Positions 9,309-17,553 are shown, counted from the first letter of the stretch. The stretch is 32,000 nt of DNA from Candidatus Saccharimonadota bacterium (GCA_026002795.1 BPGA01000001.1:240001-272000); one strand, 5' to 3'. Numbers and translations are program-made. The notes: generated from the sequence alone by a model not told the origin.

Positions 9309-9747
9309 AAAAGAACTTGCAAAAAGAACTTTTAAAGTCGGAAAGGATAGAATTGTTTTTGTTCAATCTAGAATGGATGATATCAATGAGGCAATTACGA
9401 AACAAGATTTAAGAGATTTAAAAGAACAAGGAGCAATAATCATAAAAGAAATTAAAGGAAGAAAAAAAATAAAAAAAAGAAAAAGGAGGGGTCCAGGAAG
9501 TATAAAAAAAAGAGTAAAAAGAAGAAAAGAAAAATATGTTAAATTAGTAAGAAAATTAAGAAAGTATTTGTCCTCAATTAAAAGACAAGGTCTTATTTCT
9601 AGAGAAGATTATTGGTCTTTAAGAAAAAAAATTAGAAATTTAGAGTTTAAGAGTTTGTCAAATTTAAAATTTTATATAAAAAATGAAATGAAATTACAGG
9701 AGACCAAAAAAAATGAAAGTTCCAAAAAGAAGAAGAAGAGAAAATAA
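9301..9747 (+). CDS. rpl19e: 50S ribosomal protein eL19
   Basis: LAKRTFKVGKDRIVF...ITKQDLRDL...RRGPGSIKK pattern. Position between L32e and L18. Confidence 0.92.
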   Translation: MDKKELAKRTFKVGKDRIVFVQSRMDDINEAITKQDLRDLKEQGAIIIKEIKGRKKIKKRKRRGPGSIKKRVKRRKEKYVKLVRKLRKYLSSIKRQGLISREDYWSLRKKIRNLEFKSLSNLKFYIKNEMKLQETKKNESSKKKKKRK

Positions 9748-10207
9748 AACAGATTATTTGAAAAGATTAAAATTATTGAAAAGTGGAAAACCAAGAGTAG
9801 TTTTTAGAAAAACAAATAGATATTTAATTGCACAATATGTAAAATCTAAAGAAGCGCAAGATAGTGTTGTTTTTGGTTTTAATTCTAAGATATTGTTGGA
9901 TTATGGTTGGCCTAAAGAGTTTTCTGGAAGTTTAAAGTCAATTCCAGCCTCATATCTTCTTGGTTATTTATTTGGAAAAAAAATTTTAAAGAGGGATCTT
10001 GAAGAGCCTATAATAGATATAGGAATGATAAGAAATGTAAAAAAAGGAAGAGTTTTTGGTTTTTTAAAAGGAATAAAAGATGCTGGTGTTGATATTAATT
10101 GTAAAGAAGAATTTTTTCCGAGTGAAGAAAGAATCTTTGGAAAGCATTTAAAAAAAGATTTTTCCGAAATATTCAAAAAAATTAAGTCAAAAATAGAAAA
10201 TGAATAG
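9713..10207 (+). CDS. rpl18: 50S ribosomal protein uL18
   Basis: KRRRRENKTDYLKRLKLLKSGKPRVVFRKTNRYLIAQ is the archaeal uL18 N-terminus. It overlaps the rpl19e tail by 35 nt. Confidence 0.93.
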   Translation: MKVPKRRRRENKTDYLKRLKLLKSGKPRVVFRKTNRYLIAQYVKSKEAQDSVVFGFNSKILLDYGWPKEFSGSLKSIPASYLLGYLFGKKILKRDLEEPIIDIGMIRNVKKGRVFGFLKGIKDAGVDINCKEEFFPSEERIFGKHLKKDFSEIFKKIKSKIENE

Positions 10208-11087
10208 ACAAACGAAAGATAAAAAAAAGGAAAAAAAAGAATTTGAATTAATAAAAAAAACAGCAGAGGCTCACGGAACTTTATCAGAAGAATTAGCAGA
10301 AGAAAAAGCAAAAAAATCTGAAGAAATTACTAAAGAATTAATTGAAAAAATTGAATCAAGTGAAAGAGAAGAACTAAAAGAAGTAGAAGAGAATAAAGAT
10401 CTAGAAGAGAATGAAGAAATAGAAGAGGGAATTGAAATAAAAAAAACCGATTTGGCAGGTTGGGAACCAAAAACAAAACTTGGTCGAGAGGTTAGGTCTG
10501 GAAAAATTAGGGATATTGATGAAATTCTAGATTCAAATAGAAAAATTTTGGAAGAACAGATTGTTGATTCTTTAATAAATGTAAAAGTAGAAATGGCCAA
10601 CATAGGCCAGGCAAAAGGAAAATTTGGTGGTGGTAAAAGAAGAATTTGGAGACAAACTCAAAAAAAGACAAAAGAAGGAAATGTTCCTGTTTTTTCAGCT
10701 ATGGCTATTGTTGGTGATGAAAACGGACATGTTGGCATTGGTATTGGAAAAGCAAAAGAGACACTTCCTGCAAGAGATAAAGCAATAAGAAAAGCCAAAC
10801 TAAATATTATTAAAGTTGTAAGGGGTTGTTCAAGTTTTGATTGTGAGTGTTCTGACTTACATAGTGTTCCTTTTAAAGTTGAGGGAAAGTGTGGAAGTGT
10901 TAGGGTTATTTTAATCCCAGCACCAAAAGGAGCAGGACTTGTAGCGGCAGATGAATTAAAAAAAATATTAAGACTTGCTGGAATAAAAGATGTTTATACA
11001 AAAACATTCGGACAAAGGAGAACAACTTTTAATTTAATTGGAGCTTGCTTTGATGCATTAAAAAAAACAAACAAGAAACTAAAATGA
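10200..11087 (+). CDS. rps5: 30S ribosomal protein uS5 with ~85-aa acidic N-terminal extension
   Basis: Conserved core begins at WEPKTKLGREVRSGKI, then FSAMAIVGDENGHVGIGIGKAKE...GAGLVAADELKKILRLAGIKD. The only Met upstream of the conserved core is at 10200. Confidence 0.93.
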   Translation: MNRQTKDKKKEKKEFELIKKTAEAHGTLSEELAEEKAKKSEEITKELIEKIESSEREELKEVEENKDLEENEEIEEGIEIKKTDLAGWEPKTKLGREVRSGKIRDIDEILDSNRKILEEQIVDSLINVKVEMANIGQAKGKFGGGKRRIWRQTQKKTKEGNVPVFSAMAIVGDENGHVGIGIGKAKETLPARDKAIRKAKLNIIKVVRGCSSFDCECSDLHSVPFKVEGKCGSVRVILIPAPKGAGLVAADELKKILRLAGIKDVYTKTFGQRRTTFNLIGACFDALKKTNKKLK

Positions 11088-11500
11088 TTTGTGTGATAAG
11101 AGTTAGAGGAAGAGTAAATGTGAGAAAAGATGTAGAAGAAACTTTAAAAAGACTTAGACTTAGAAAAAAATTTTCTTGTGTTTTGTTGGAAGAAAATAAA
11201 GTTAATTTAGGCATGATTAAAAAAGTAAAAGATTTTGTTGCTTTTGGTAGAATTGATAGAGAAACTCTAAAAAAACTTATAGAAAAAAGAGGACAAAAGA
11301 TTGATAAGAGTAAAAAAATAAATATAGAAAGTGTTGTTGAAGAGTTAGAAAAAGGAAAAAAATTAAATGAATTAAATTTAAAACCTTTTTTTAGACTTCA
11401 TCCTCCACGGGGTGGAATTAAAAGCAAAGAACATTTTCCTAAAGGAGTTTTAGGTGATAATAAAGAAAAAATAAATGATTTAGTTTTAAGAATGTTGTAA
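11084..11500 (+). CDS. rpl30: 50S ribosomal protein uL30
   Basis: VIRVRGRVNVRKDVEETLKRLRLRKKF motif. ATGA overlap with rps5. Confidence 0.93.
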   Translation: MICVIRVRGRVNVRKDVEETLKRLRLRKKFSCVLLEENKVNLGMIKKVKDFVAFGRIDRETLKKLIEKRGQKIDKSKKINIESVVEELEKGKKLNELNLKPFFRLHPPRGGIKSKEHFPKGVLGDNKEKINDLVLRML

Positions 11501-11501
11501 A

Positions 11502-11831
11502 ATGGATTTTAAAGAATATCAAAAAAAAGCCTGGGAAACTGCTATTTATCCTAATAAAGGAAAAAATTTTATTTATCCTGCTTTAGGTTTGGGTGGAGAA
11601 TCAGGAGAGGTTCTTGAAAAAATTAAAAAAATCTTAAGAGATGAAAAGAGTTTATTAACAGAAGAAAAAAAAGAAGAGCTTTTAAATGAAATGGGAGATG
11701 TTTTGTGGTATTTGGCAGCTTTATCTACTGAATTAAATTTGAATTTGGATGATATAGCAAAAAAAAATTTAGAAAAGTTAAAATCAAGAAAAGAAAGAGG
11801 TAAATTGCACGGCTCTGGAGACAAAAGATAA
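11502..11831 (+). CDS. MazG-like nucleoside-triphosphate pyrophosphohydrolase (all-alpha NTP-PPase)
   Basis: LGLGGESGEVLEKIKK (ExxExxE) plus EELLNEMGDVLWYLAAL (ExxD) and C-terminal NLEKLKSRKERGKLHGSG match the MazG-domain pattern as I remember it. 1-nt spacers to rpl30 and rpl15. Confidence 0.75.
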   Translation: MDFKEYQKKAWETAIYPNKGKNFIYPALGLGGESGEVLEKIKKILRDEKSLLTEEKKEELLNEMGDVLWYLAALSTELNLNLDDIAKKNLEKLKSRKERGKLHGSGDKR

Positions 11832-11832
11832 A

Positions 11833-12333
11833 ATGTTAAAAAAAACACATAAAAGAAGAAAGAGAACAAGGATAAGAGGAAGAAAAACAATTGGTTGGGG
11901 AGCAAGAAAAAAGCATAAAAAAAGTGGACATCGTGGCGGAGTAGGAATGGCTGGAACAGGAAAGAGAGCTGACCAGAAAAAAACCCTTGTGACTGCTCTT
12001 TATGGTCATAAATATTTTGGAAAGCAGGGAGTTACTAGTAGAAAAACAAAAAAAGATAAGAGAAAAAGAATAAATCTTAGCATAATCGAGAGTAATCTTG
12101 AAAACTATATTTCTTCTGGAATAGCTAAAAAAACAAAAGATGGTTTTGAGTTGAATCTTGAAGATTATAAAATTTTAGGAGACGGTGAAGTAAAAAATAA
12201 ACTTTTTATAAAGGCAAAAGAAGCTTCAAAATCTGCAATAGAAAAGATTGAAAAAGCAGGCGGCTCAATTACCACAAAAGATTCAAAAAATAAATTTGAA
12301 AACAAAAATACAGAACAAGAAAATAATGAATAA
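11833..12333 (+). CDS. rpl15: 50S ribosomal protein uL15
   Basis: RRKRTRIRGRKTIGWGARKKHKKSGHRGGVGMAGTGKRADQKK is the uL15 signature. Confidence 0.93.
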   Translation: MLKKTHKRRKRTRIRGRKTIGWGARKKHKKSGHRGGVGMAGTGKRADQKKTLVTALYGHKYFGKQGVTSRKTKKDKRKRINLSIIESNLENYISSGIAKKTKDGFELNLEDYKILGDGEVKNKLFIKAKEASKSAIEKIEKAGGSITTKDSKNKFENKNTEQENNE

Positions 12334-12375
12334 ATTAAAAAGAATAAAGTAAAAATAAAAAATTTTTGTGTTAAA

Positions 12376-13815
12376 ATGAACAATTTAAAAAAAATTTTCA
12401 GTTATATTCCTGAAGTAAAAAAGCCAGATGAAAAAAGAGTTGATTTTAACACTAAGTTTAAATGGACTTTAATTGTTCTAGTTGCTTTTTTTGTTCTATC
12501 AAATATTCCTTTATTTGGTCTTTCTGAAAATGCTCTTTCAAGATTTGAGTTTCTTCAGATAATTTTAGCTGCAGAATTTGGTAGTTTAATTTCTTTGGGT
12601 GTTGGTCCTATTGTTATGGCCTCTATAATTTTACAACTTTTGACTGGTTCTGGAATTTTAAATATAGATTTGACAAAAGAAGAAGGAAAAAGATTTTTTC
12701 AGAGTTTGCAAAAAATTCTTGTGTTCTTTTTCATAATTTTTGAGGCTGTTGTTTATGTTTTAATGCAGGGTTTACAGCCAGCTCCCGGGTTTACTTTCTT
12801 GTTAATTTTTCAACTTATTCTTGGCGGTCTTGCTATATTCTATATGGATGAATTAACTACAAAATGGGGGTTTGGTTCTGGTGTAAGTTTATTTATTGCA
12901 GCAGGTGTTTCTAGACAGATTTTTACAGCTGCTTTTCAATTTATAGATCAGCAAGGAAGAGTCTGTCTTTTGAATTTTAAAACAATTCCTTGTACAGGAA
13001 AAGTTTTAGTTTTGATTCAGTCTGTAATAAATAGGCTTCCTACTGAATTACTTTCTTCTGGACTAGCGATTATATCTACATTAATTGTTTTTTTAGTTGT
13101 TGTTTGGGCTCAATCACTTAAAGTTGAAATTCCATTAAGCTTTGGTAGATTGAGAGGATACTCAATAAAATGGCCTTTATCTTTTTTTTATGCTTCTGTA
13201 ATTCCAGTAATTTTAACAGCTGCTTTAGTTGCGAACATACAACTTTTTGGAAGTTTAATAGAAAATGTAGCTAGGCCGTGTCATTTAGGATTAGAATGTT
13301 CTGGCCCGGCAAAAATAGCTTCATATTTTGGTTTTTTAGGAAGATTTGTTAATGGACAACCTGTTTCTGGACTTGCATTTTGGATAGGAAGTACAAACCT
13401 TTTAGAACTTTTTATTAGAGGAGGGCTTTTAACAAGATTTTTAATTCAAGGAATTGTTCATGTTTTATTCTTCATGATTTTTTCTACTTTATTTGCTGTT
13501 TTTTGGGTAAAAACTTCTGGTATGGATGCAAAAAGCCAGGCTCATAAAATAATTGCCTCTGGCTTACATGTCTCTGGATTTAGACAAGACGAAAGAATTT
13601 TGGAAAGTATTTTAGATAGATATATAATGCCTTTAACTGTTATGGGTGGTCTTGCTATTGGGTTTTTAGCTGCAATAACAAACCTTATAGGTGCTTTAGT
13701 TTCAGGAACCGCAGTTCTCCTTGTCATAATGATAATATTCCAATTTTATCAAAACATTGCACAACAACATCAAATGGACATGCATCCTACATTAAGAAAA
13801 TTTATTGGTAGTTAA
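12376..13815 (+). CDS. secY: protein translocase subunit SecY
   Basis: 479 aa, roughly 10 hydrophobic segments. N-terminal IPEVKKP..RVDFNTKFKWT and GVGPIVMASIILQLL plug/TM2 motif. Canonical position after rpl15. Confidence 0.96.
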   Translation: MNNLKKIFSYIPEVKKPDEKRVDFNTKFKWTLIVLVAFFVLSNIPLFGLSENALSRFEFLQIILAAEFGSLISLGVGPIVMASIILQLLTGSGILNIDLTKEEGKRFFQSLQKILVFFFIIFEAVVYVLMQGLQPAPGFTFLLIFQLILGGLAIFYMDELTTKWGFGSGVSLFIAAGVSRQIFTAAFQFIDQQGRVCLLNFKTIPCTGKVLVLIQSVINRLPTELLSSGLAIISTLIVFLVVVWAQSLKVEIPLSFGRLRGYSIKWPLSFFYASVIPVILTAALVANIQLFGSLIENVARPCHLGLECSGPAKIASYFGFLGRFVNGQPVSGLAFWIGSTNLLELFIRGGLLTRFLIQGIVHVLFFMIFSTLFAVFWVKTSGMDAKSQAHKIIASGLHVSGFRQDERILESILDRYIMPLTVMGGLAIGFLAAITNLIGALVSGTAVLLVIMIIFQFYQNIAQQHQMDMHPTLRKFIGS

Positions 13816-13894
13816 ATTATAAACAAAAAATTAGATTAATATTAACCTTTAAAAACTACTTACTCATTTTATAAAATAAGAGGAAATTTAAAAA

Positions 13895-14305
13895 ATGACT
13901 ATAAAAGAATTAATTATTTCAAACCCAAAAATAAGTATAATTTTTATTTCTTTTATAATAACTTTTTTTATAACTTTAATTAATAAGTTTTTTACTGATC
14001 AAGAAAGAATTAAAGAAATTAAAAAAAGACAAAAAGAGATTCAGGAGAAAATTAAAGAGCACGCAAAAAAAAATGAAAAAAACAAAGTTCTAGAGTTGCA
14101 AAAAGAAATTCTTGATGGGTCAATGGAACTTTTTAGACATTCATTAAAACCTCTTGTTATCTCTTTAATTCCTATAATTATTGTATTTTGGTGGATTAAA
14201 GATATTTATTCGGCAACGAGTATTGCAAAAAGCTGGATATGGTACTATATTGTCTCGGCAATAATTTTTAGTATTGTTTTAAGAAAAATTTTGAAGGTAG
14301 CTTAA
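13895..14305 (+). CDS. DUF106 / EMC3-TMCO1-like membrane protein (archaeal YidC/Oxa1-like insertase candidate)
   Basis: Topology is TM1, then a Lys/Glu coiled-coil hairpin (QERIKEIKKRQKEIQEKIKE...LQKEI), then TM2 and TM3 (MELFRHSLKPLVISLIPIIIVFWWI). It sits where MJ0480-type DUF106 genes lie, downstream of secY, in other archaea. Confidence 0.65.
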   Translation: MTIKELIISNPKISIIFISFIITFFITLINKFFTDQERIKEIKKRQKEIQEKIKEHAKKNEKNKVLELQKEILDGSMELFRHSLKPLVISLIPIIIVFWWIKDIYSATSIAKSWIWYYIVSAIIFSIVLRKILKVA

Positions 14306-14710
14306 ATGGCAAAAAAATTAGAGGAAAAACAAAGAGAAATTATTTTAAAATTAGGTTTCTTTGAACAGCAAATTAAAATATTACAGCAACAGCTTCAATC
14401 AATTCACGAGAACATTTTAGAACTTAATTCTCTAATTTTAGCTTTAAATGAAATTAAAAAATCAAAAGAAAAAGAAATTTTGGCTTCTCTAGGAAGAGGA
14501 ATTTTTATAAATGCAAAAATAACTTCTGAAGATGTTTTGGTTGATGTTGGAGATAAAAAATTTGTTAAAAAAGACATTGAAGAAACAAAAAACCTGATTA
14601 AAGAACAGCTAAATAAGCTTGATGAGATTAAAGAGGAAATAGAGAGCAACATAGAAACTCTTGAAAGAGAAATTTCTAATTTAATAAGAGAAGCTGAAAA
14701 TTTAAATTAA
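14306..14710 (+). CDS. pfdA: prefoldin alpha subunit
   Basis: Coiled coil, central beta-hairpin region EILASLGRGIFINAKITSEDVLVDVGDKKFVKKDIEE, coiled coil. 134 aa fits the alpha class. Confidence 0.7.
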   Translation: MAKKLEEKQREIILKLGFFEQQIKILQQQLQSIHENILELNSLILALNEIKKSKEKEILASLGRGIFINAKITSEDVLVDVGDKKFVKKDIEETKNLIKEQLNKLDEIKEEIESNIETLEREISNLIREAENLN

Positions 14711-15528
14711 TAGGGTACTTTTTTCATTTTCTTAACAAAATTGTTGTAATTTAAAATTCCTTTTTCTGAAATTATTGCTTTTATGTATTTTTTATTGACA
14801 AATTCAAAAGCGGGATTTTTTATTTTAATTTCTTTAGGAGCTTTATCCCAAACCTCATTTAAGGCTCTATACTCAATAGGAACTTTTTCTTTTGTAAATT
14901 TCCAAGAATCTGCAATAATATAAAGAGGAACCTTATTTAGTCTTGCAAGTTTTGCAATCATGCTGCTTCCAACTTTGTTTATAATTCCTTTTTCAATAAG
15001 AGCATCTGCTCCAAGAAAAACTTTATTTGCTTTTTTATTTTTCTGGCTTCCGGAAAGAGCAATGTCAATTGCAGAATCAACAAACATAGTAACCTTAATT
15101 CCTACTCGTCTTAACTCAATTGCTGTTTTTCTTCCTTGGTATAAGGGTCTAGTTTCTGTATTATAAACCTCAAATTTTTTTCCTTGTTTTTTTGAGTAAA
15201 TTAAAGATTGAACAACATTTGTAGAATGACAGTGTGTTAAAATTATATCTCCATTTTTTATAATCTTAAAAACGCTTTTGTTTATTTCTTTTTGTGCAAA
15301 ATCAAAGTGTTTTAAAATTTCTTTTAATGGTTTTTTTTCTGCAAGTTTTAAAACGTTTTTAAGCATTGGTTCTGTTGCTCTTGCAGAAATAAGTTTTTGG
15401 ATAGAAGATTTTTTTGGAGAAAGTTTATAGGCTAATAAAGCAGCTCGAGCAATATTTCTAGCTCCTTGAATTTTAACTTGTTTTATGTCGTTAACGATTT
15501 TATTAAATTTTTTTTCTTTTTCGTTCAT
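14707..15528 (-). CDS. eIF-2B alpha/beta/delta family protein (aIF-2B-II / ribose-1,5-bisphosphate isomerase-like)
   Basis: IQGARNIARAAL..., ILTHCHSTNV..., YNTETRPLYQGRKTAIEL...GIKVT...DSA and LGADALIEKGIINKVGSSMIA are family motifs. The specific activity cannot be decided by eye. Confidence 0.75.
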   Translation of the reverse strand: MNEKEKKFNKIVNDIKQVKIQGARNIARAALLAYKLSPKKSSIQKLISARATEPMLKNVLKLAEKKPLKEILKHFDFAQKEINKSVFKIIKNGDIILTHCHSTNVVQSLIYSKKQGKKFEVYNTETRPLYQGRKTAIELRRVGIKVTMFVDSAIDIALSGSQKNKKANKVFLGADALIEKGIINKVGSSMIAKLARLNKVPLYIIADSWKFTKEKVPIEYRALNEVWDKAPKEIKIKNPAFEFVNKKYIKAIISEKGILNYNNFVKKMKKVPY

Positions 15529-15550
15529 AATAAGATTAAATTTTTATTGT

Positions 15551-15558
15551 ATTTAAAC
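15551..15558 (-). promoter_or_regulatory. putative TATA box for the eIF-2B-family gene
   Basis: Minus-strand GTTTAAAT is centred about 26 nt upstream of the ATG at 15528. The spacing fits a leaderless archaeal mRNA. Confidence 0.35.
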
Positions 15559-15572
15559 TTGTTTAAAAGAAC

Positions 15573-15582
15573 ATTTAAAAAA
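15573..15582 (+). promoter_or_regulatory. putative TATA box for the SpoIIM-like gene
   Basis: ATTTAAAAAA is centred about 26 nt upstream of ATG 15603. Confidence 0.35.
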
Positions 15583-15602
15583 GAAAAATACTTATTGTAT
15601 TT

Positions 15603-16451
15603 ATGTTAGAATCTATAGTTAATCCTACAAAAAAAGAGCATGGGCCTTTAAAAATGTTTTTTGTTGGATTAATTTATGCTTCTCTTTCTTTATTACTTGT
15701 TAAATGGTTTTTTTCTCAAGATCCTGTTTTATCTAAATACTCTGGAATTATTGTAGTTACTTTTTGTGTAATTTTTTCGATGCCCTTTATTTTTTATATA
15801 ATTAAAAAAGAAGAACAAGAAGATGAGAGAGTTTTTGGATTTTTAAGTGTTTGGGAAATTCATAAAGACGCAATTTTTTCTTTTTTATGGCTTTTTTTTG
15901 GATTTATAGTTGCTTTTTCCTTTTGGTATATTTTTATTGGAGATTCTAGTTTATTAAATGCACAAATTGAAACTTATTGCAGAATAAATAGGCCTAATGA
16001 CATTTCTGGTTGTATTGAAGGATATGATTTCAGTAAAAATACCGGAGCAAGTATAAAAGAAATAAGACTTTTATCGATAATAGAAAATAATATTTATGTA
16101 ATGATTTTTACTTTGCTTCTTTCTTTAATTTTTGGAGCTGGAGCAATTTTTGTTTTGGCTTGGAACGCTAGTGTAATTTCTGCGGCAATCGCAATATTTA
16201 CAGATCATTCTATAAAAGATATTCCTTTAGGAATTTTAAGGTATATGATTCATGGTTTTCCAGAAATAGCAGCATATTTCATAGCTGCTTTAGCTGGCGG
16301 CATTTTTGGCGTTGGCGTTTTAAGAAACGGTATAAAAAGTAAGAAATTTTTGCATGTAGTTGAAAATACAATAATGCTAATTTTTATGGCTATATTAATA
16401 ATAATTCTTGCTGCACTAATGGAAGTTTATCTAACTCCGTTGTTCTTCTAA
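15603..16451 (+). CDS. SpoIIM-like (DUF95) integral membrane protein
   Basis: Multi-TM protein with YMIHGFPEIAAYFIAALAGG, resembling the conserved HG-PE helix of the stage II sporulation protein M family. Carries an inserted Cys-containing loop. Confidence 0.45.
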   Translation: MLESIVNPTKKEHGPLKMFFVGLIYASLSLLLVKWFFSQDPVLSKYSGIIVVTFCVIFSMPFIFYIIKKEEQEDERVFGFLSVWEIHKDAIFSFLWLFFGFIVAFSFWYIFIGDSSLLNAQIETYCRINRPNDISGCIEGYDFSKNTGASIKEIRLLSIIENNIYVMIFTLLLSLIFGAGAIFVLAWNASVISAAIAIFTDHSIKDIPLGILRYMIHGFPEIAAYFIAALAGGIFGVGVLRNGIKSKKFLHVVENTIMLIFMAILIIILAALMEVYLTPLFF

Positions 16452-16474
16452 TTTATAGAGTTCTTTTCTATAAG

Positions 16475-16485
16475 ATTTAAAAATA
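16475..16485 (+). promoter_or_regulatory. putative TATA box for aglH
   Basis: ATTTAAAAATA is centred about 25 nt upstream of ATG 16505. Confidence 0.35.
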
Positions 16486-16504
16486 AACTTTTCTTTAATT
16501 TTTA

Positions 16505-17506
16505 ATGAATATTCTAATTTTATTTGGTTTTTTTTTGAGTTTTTTTATAGTGTTTTTTTCAGTTCCTTATTGGATAAAAAAAATGAAACAACTTGGTTTT
16601 CTATGGGAAGATATGAATAAGCCAGGCAACCCGAAGAATGTAGCTGCTTCTGGAGGAATTGTTGTAATTATTTCATTTATTCTTGGAGTTTTTTGGTATA
16701 TTGCAGTAAAAACCTTTATCTTAAAAGAGATTGATGGCATAAACATAAAAATTTTTGCTTTAACAAGTGTAATTTTGATTTTATCAATAGTCGGAATTAT
16801 AGATGATTGGTTTGGTTGGCATAGTGGTGGGCTTTCAAAAAGAACTAGAATTATTCTGGCTTTATTTGCTTCTATTCCTTTAGTGGTTATTAATGCTGGC
16901 ACTTCTATAATGAATTTTCCTTTTTTAGGTAATATAAATTTTGGTATTTTCTATCCTCTGTTTTTAGTTCCTTTAGGTATTGTAGGAGCAACAACAACTT
17001 ACAATTTTTTAGCTGGTTTTAATGGTTTAGAAACAGGACAAGGTATTTTAATTTTAAGCTTTTTAAGTTTAGTGGCTTATTTAAACGGACATGCGTGGTT
17101 AGCTATTATTGGTTTAACAATGGTTTCTTCTTTAATTGGATTTTGGTTTTATAACAGATATCCCGCAAAAGTTTTTCCTGGAGATTCTTTAACCTGGTCA
17201 ATTGGTGCTTTAATTGCTTGTATGGCTATACTTGGAAATTTTGAAAAAATTGCTGTATTTGTTTTTATTCCATACATTTTAGAAACGGGCCTAAAATTAA
17301 GAGGAAAGCTTAAAAAACAATCCTTCGGCAAACCGAACAAAGATAAAACTCTTGATTTGAGGTATAGAAAAATTTATGGCTTAGAGCATTTTTCTATTTA
17401 CCTTATGAAAAAATTAAAAATAAAGCCAACTGAAAAAAAAGTTGTTTATTCTATTCATGCTTTCCAAATTTTTATTATTATATTGGCGATAATCTTTTTC
17501 TTCTAA
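16505..17506 (+). CDS. aglH: UDP-GlcNAc:dolichyl-phosphate GlcNAc-1-phosphate transferase (GT4 MraY/WecA/AglH family)
   Basis: Polytopic protein with GIIDDWFG, YNFLAGFNGLETGQG and VFPGDSLTWSIGALIA, which are the MraY/WecA/GPT motifs. Confidence 0.85.
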   Translation: MNILILFGFFLSFFIVFFSVPYWIKKMKQLGFLWEDMNKPGNPKNVAASGGIVVIISFILGVFWYIAVKTFILKEIDGINIKIFALTSVILILSIVGIIDDWFGWHSGGLSKRTRIILALFASIPLVVINAGTSIMNFPFLGNINFGIFYPLFLVPLGIVGATTTYNFLAGFNGLETGQGILILSFLSLVAYLNGHAWLAIIGLTMVSSLIGFWFYNRYPAKVFPGDSLTWSIGALIACMAILGNFEKIAVFVFIPYILETGLKLRGKLKKQSFGKPNKDKTLDLRYRKIYGLEHFSIYLMKKLKIKPTEKKVVYSIHAFQIFIIILAIIFFF

Positions 17507-17553
17507 CAAATTAATTTAAAAAATATTTTAAAGCCTATTTTCTTTAGAGAGAA

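Larger units (their letters stand above)
15544..15603. repeat. 12-bp direct repeat TTATTGTATTTA (15544-15555 and 15592-15603) in a divergent promoter region
   Basis: Two exact copies 48 bp apart inside a 74-bp divergent intergenic region. The second copy overlaps the ATG of the SpoIIM-like gene. Confidence 0.8.

Noticed and set aside
10271-10603. 110-aa minus-strand ORF opposite the uS5 N-terminal extension, considered as a possible real overlapping gene.
   Set aside because: Its Ser/Phe-rich sequence is just the complement of the GAA/AAA-rich repeats. The plus-strand frame continues directly into the conserved uS5 core.
14960-15166. Same-strand or alternative-frame internal ORFs: 14960..15166 (+), 19384..19584 (+) and 22526..22708 (+).
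   Set aside because: They are embedded in stronger, motif-bearing ORFs (the eIF-2B family gene, aglB and the methyltransferase) and have no features of their own.
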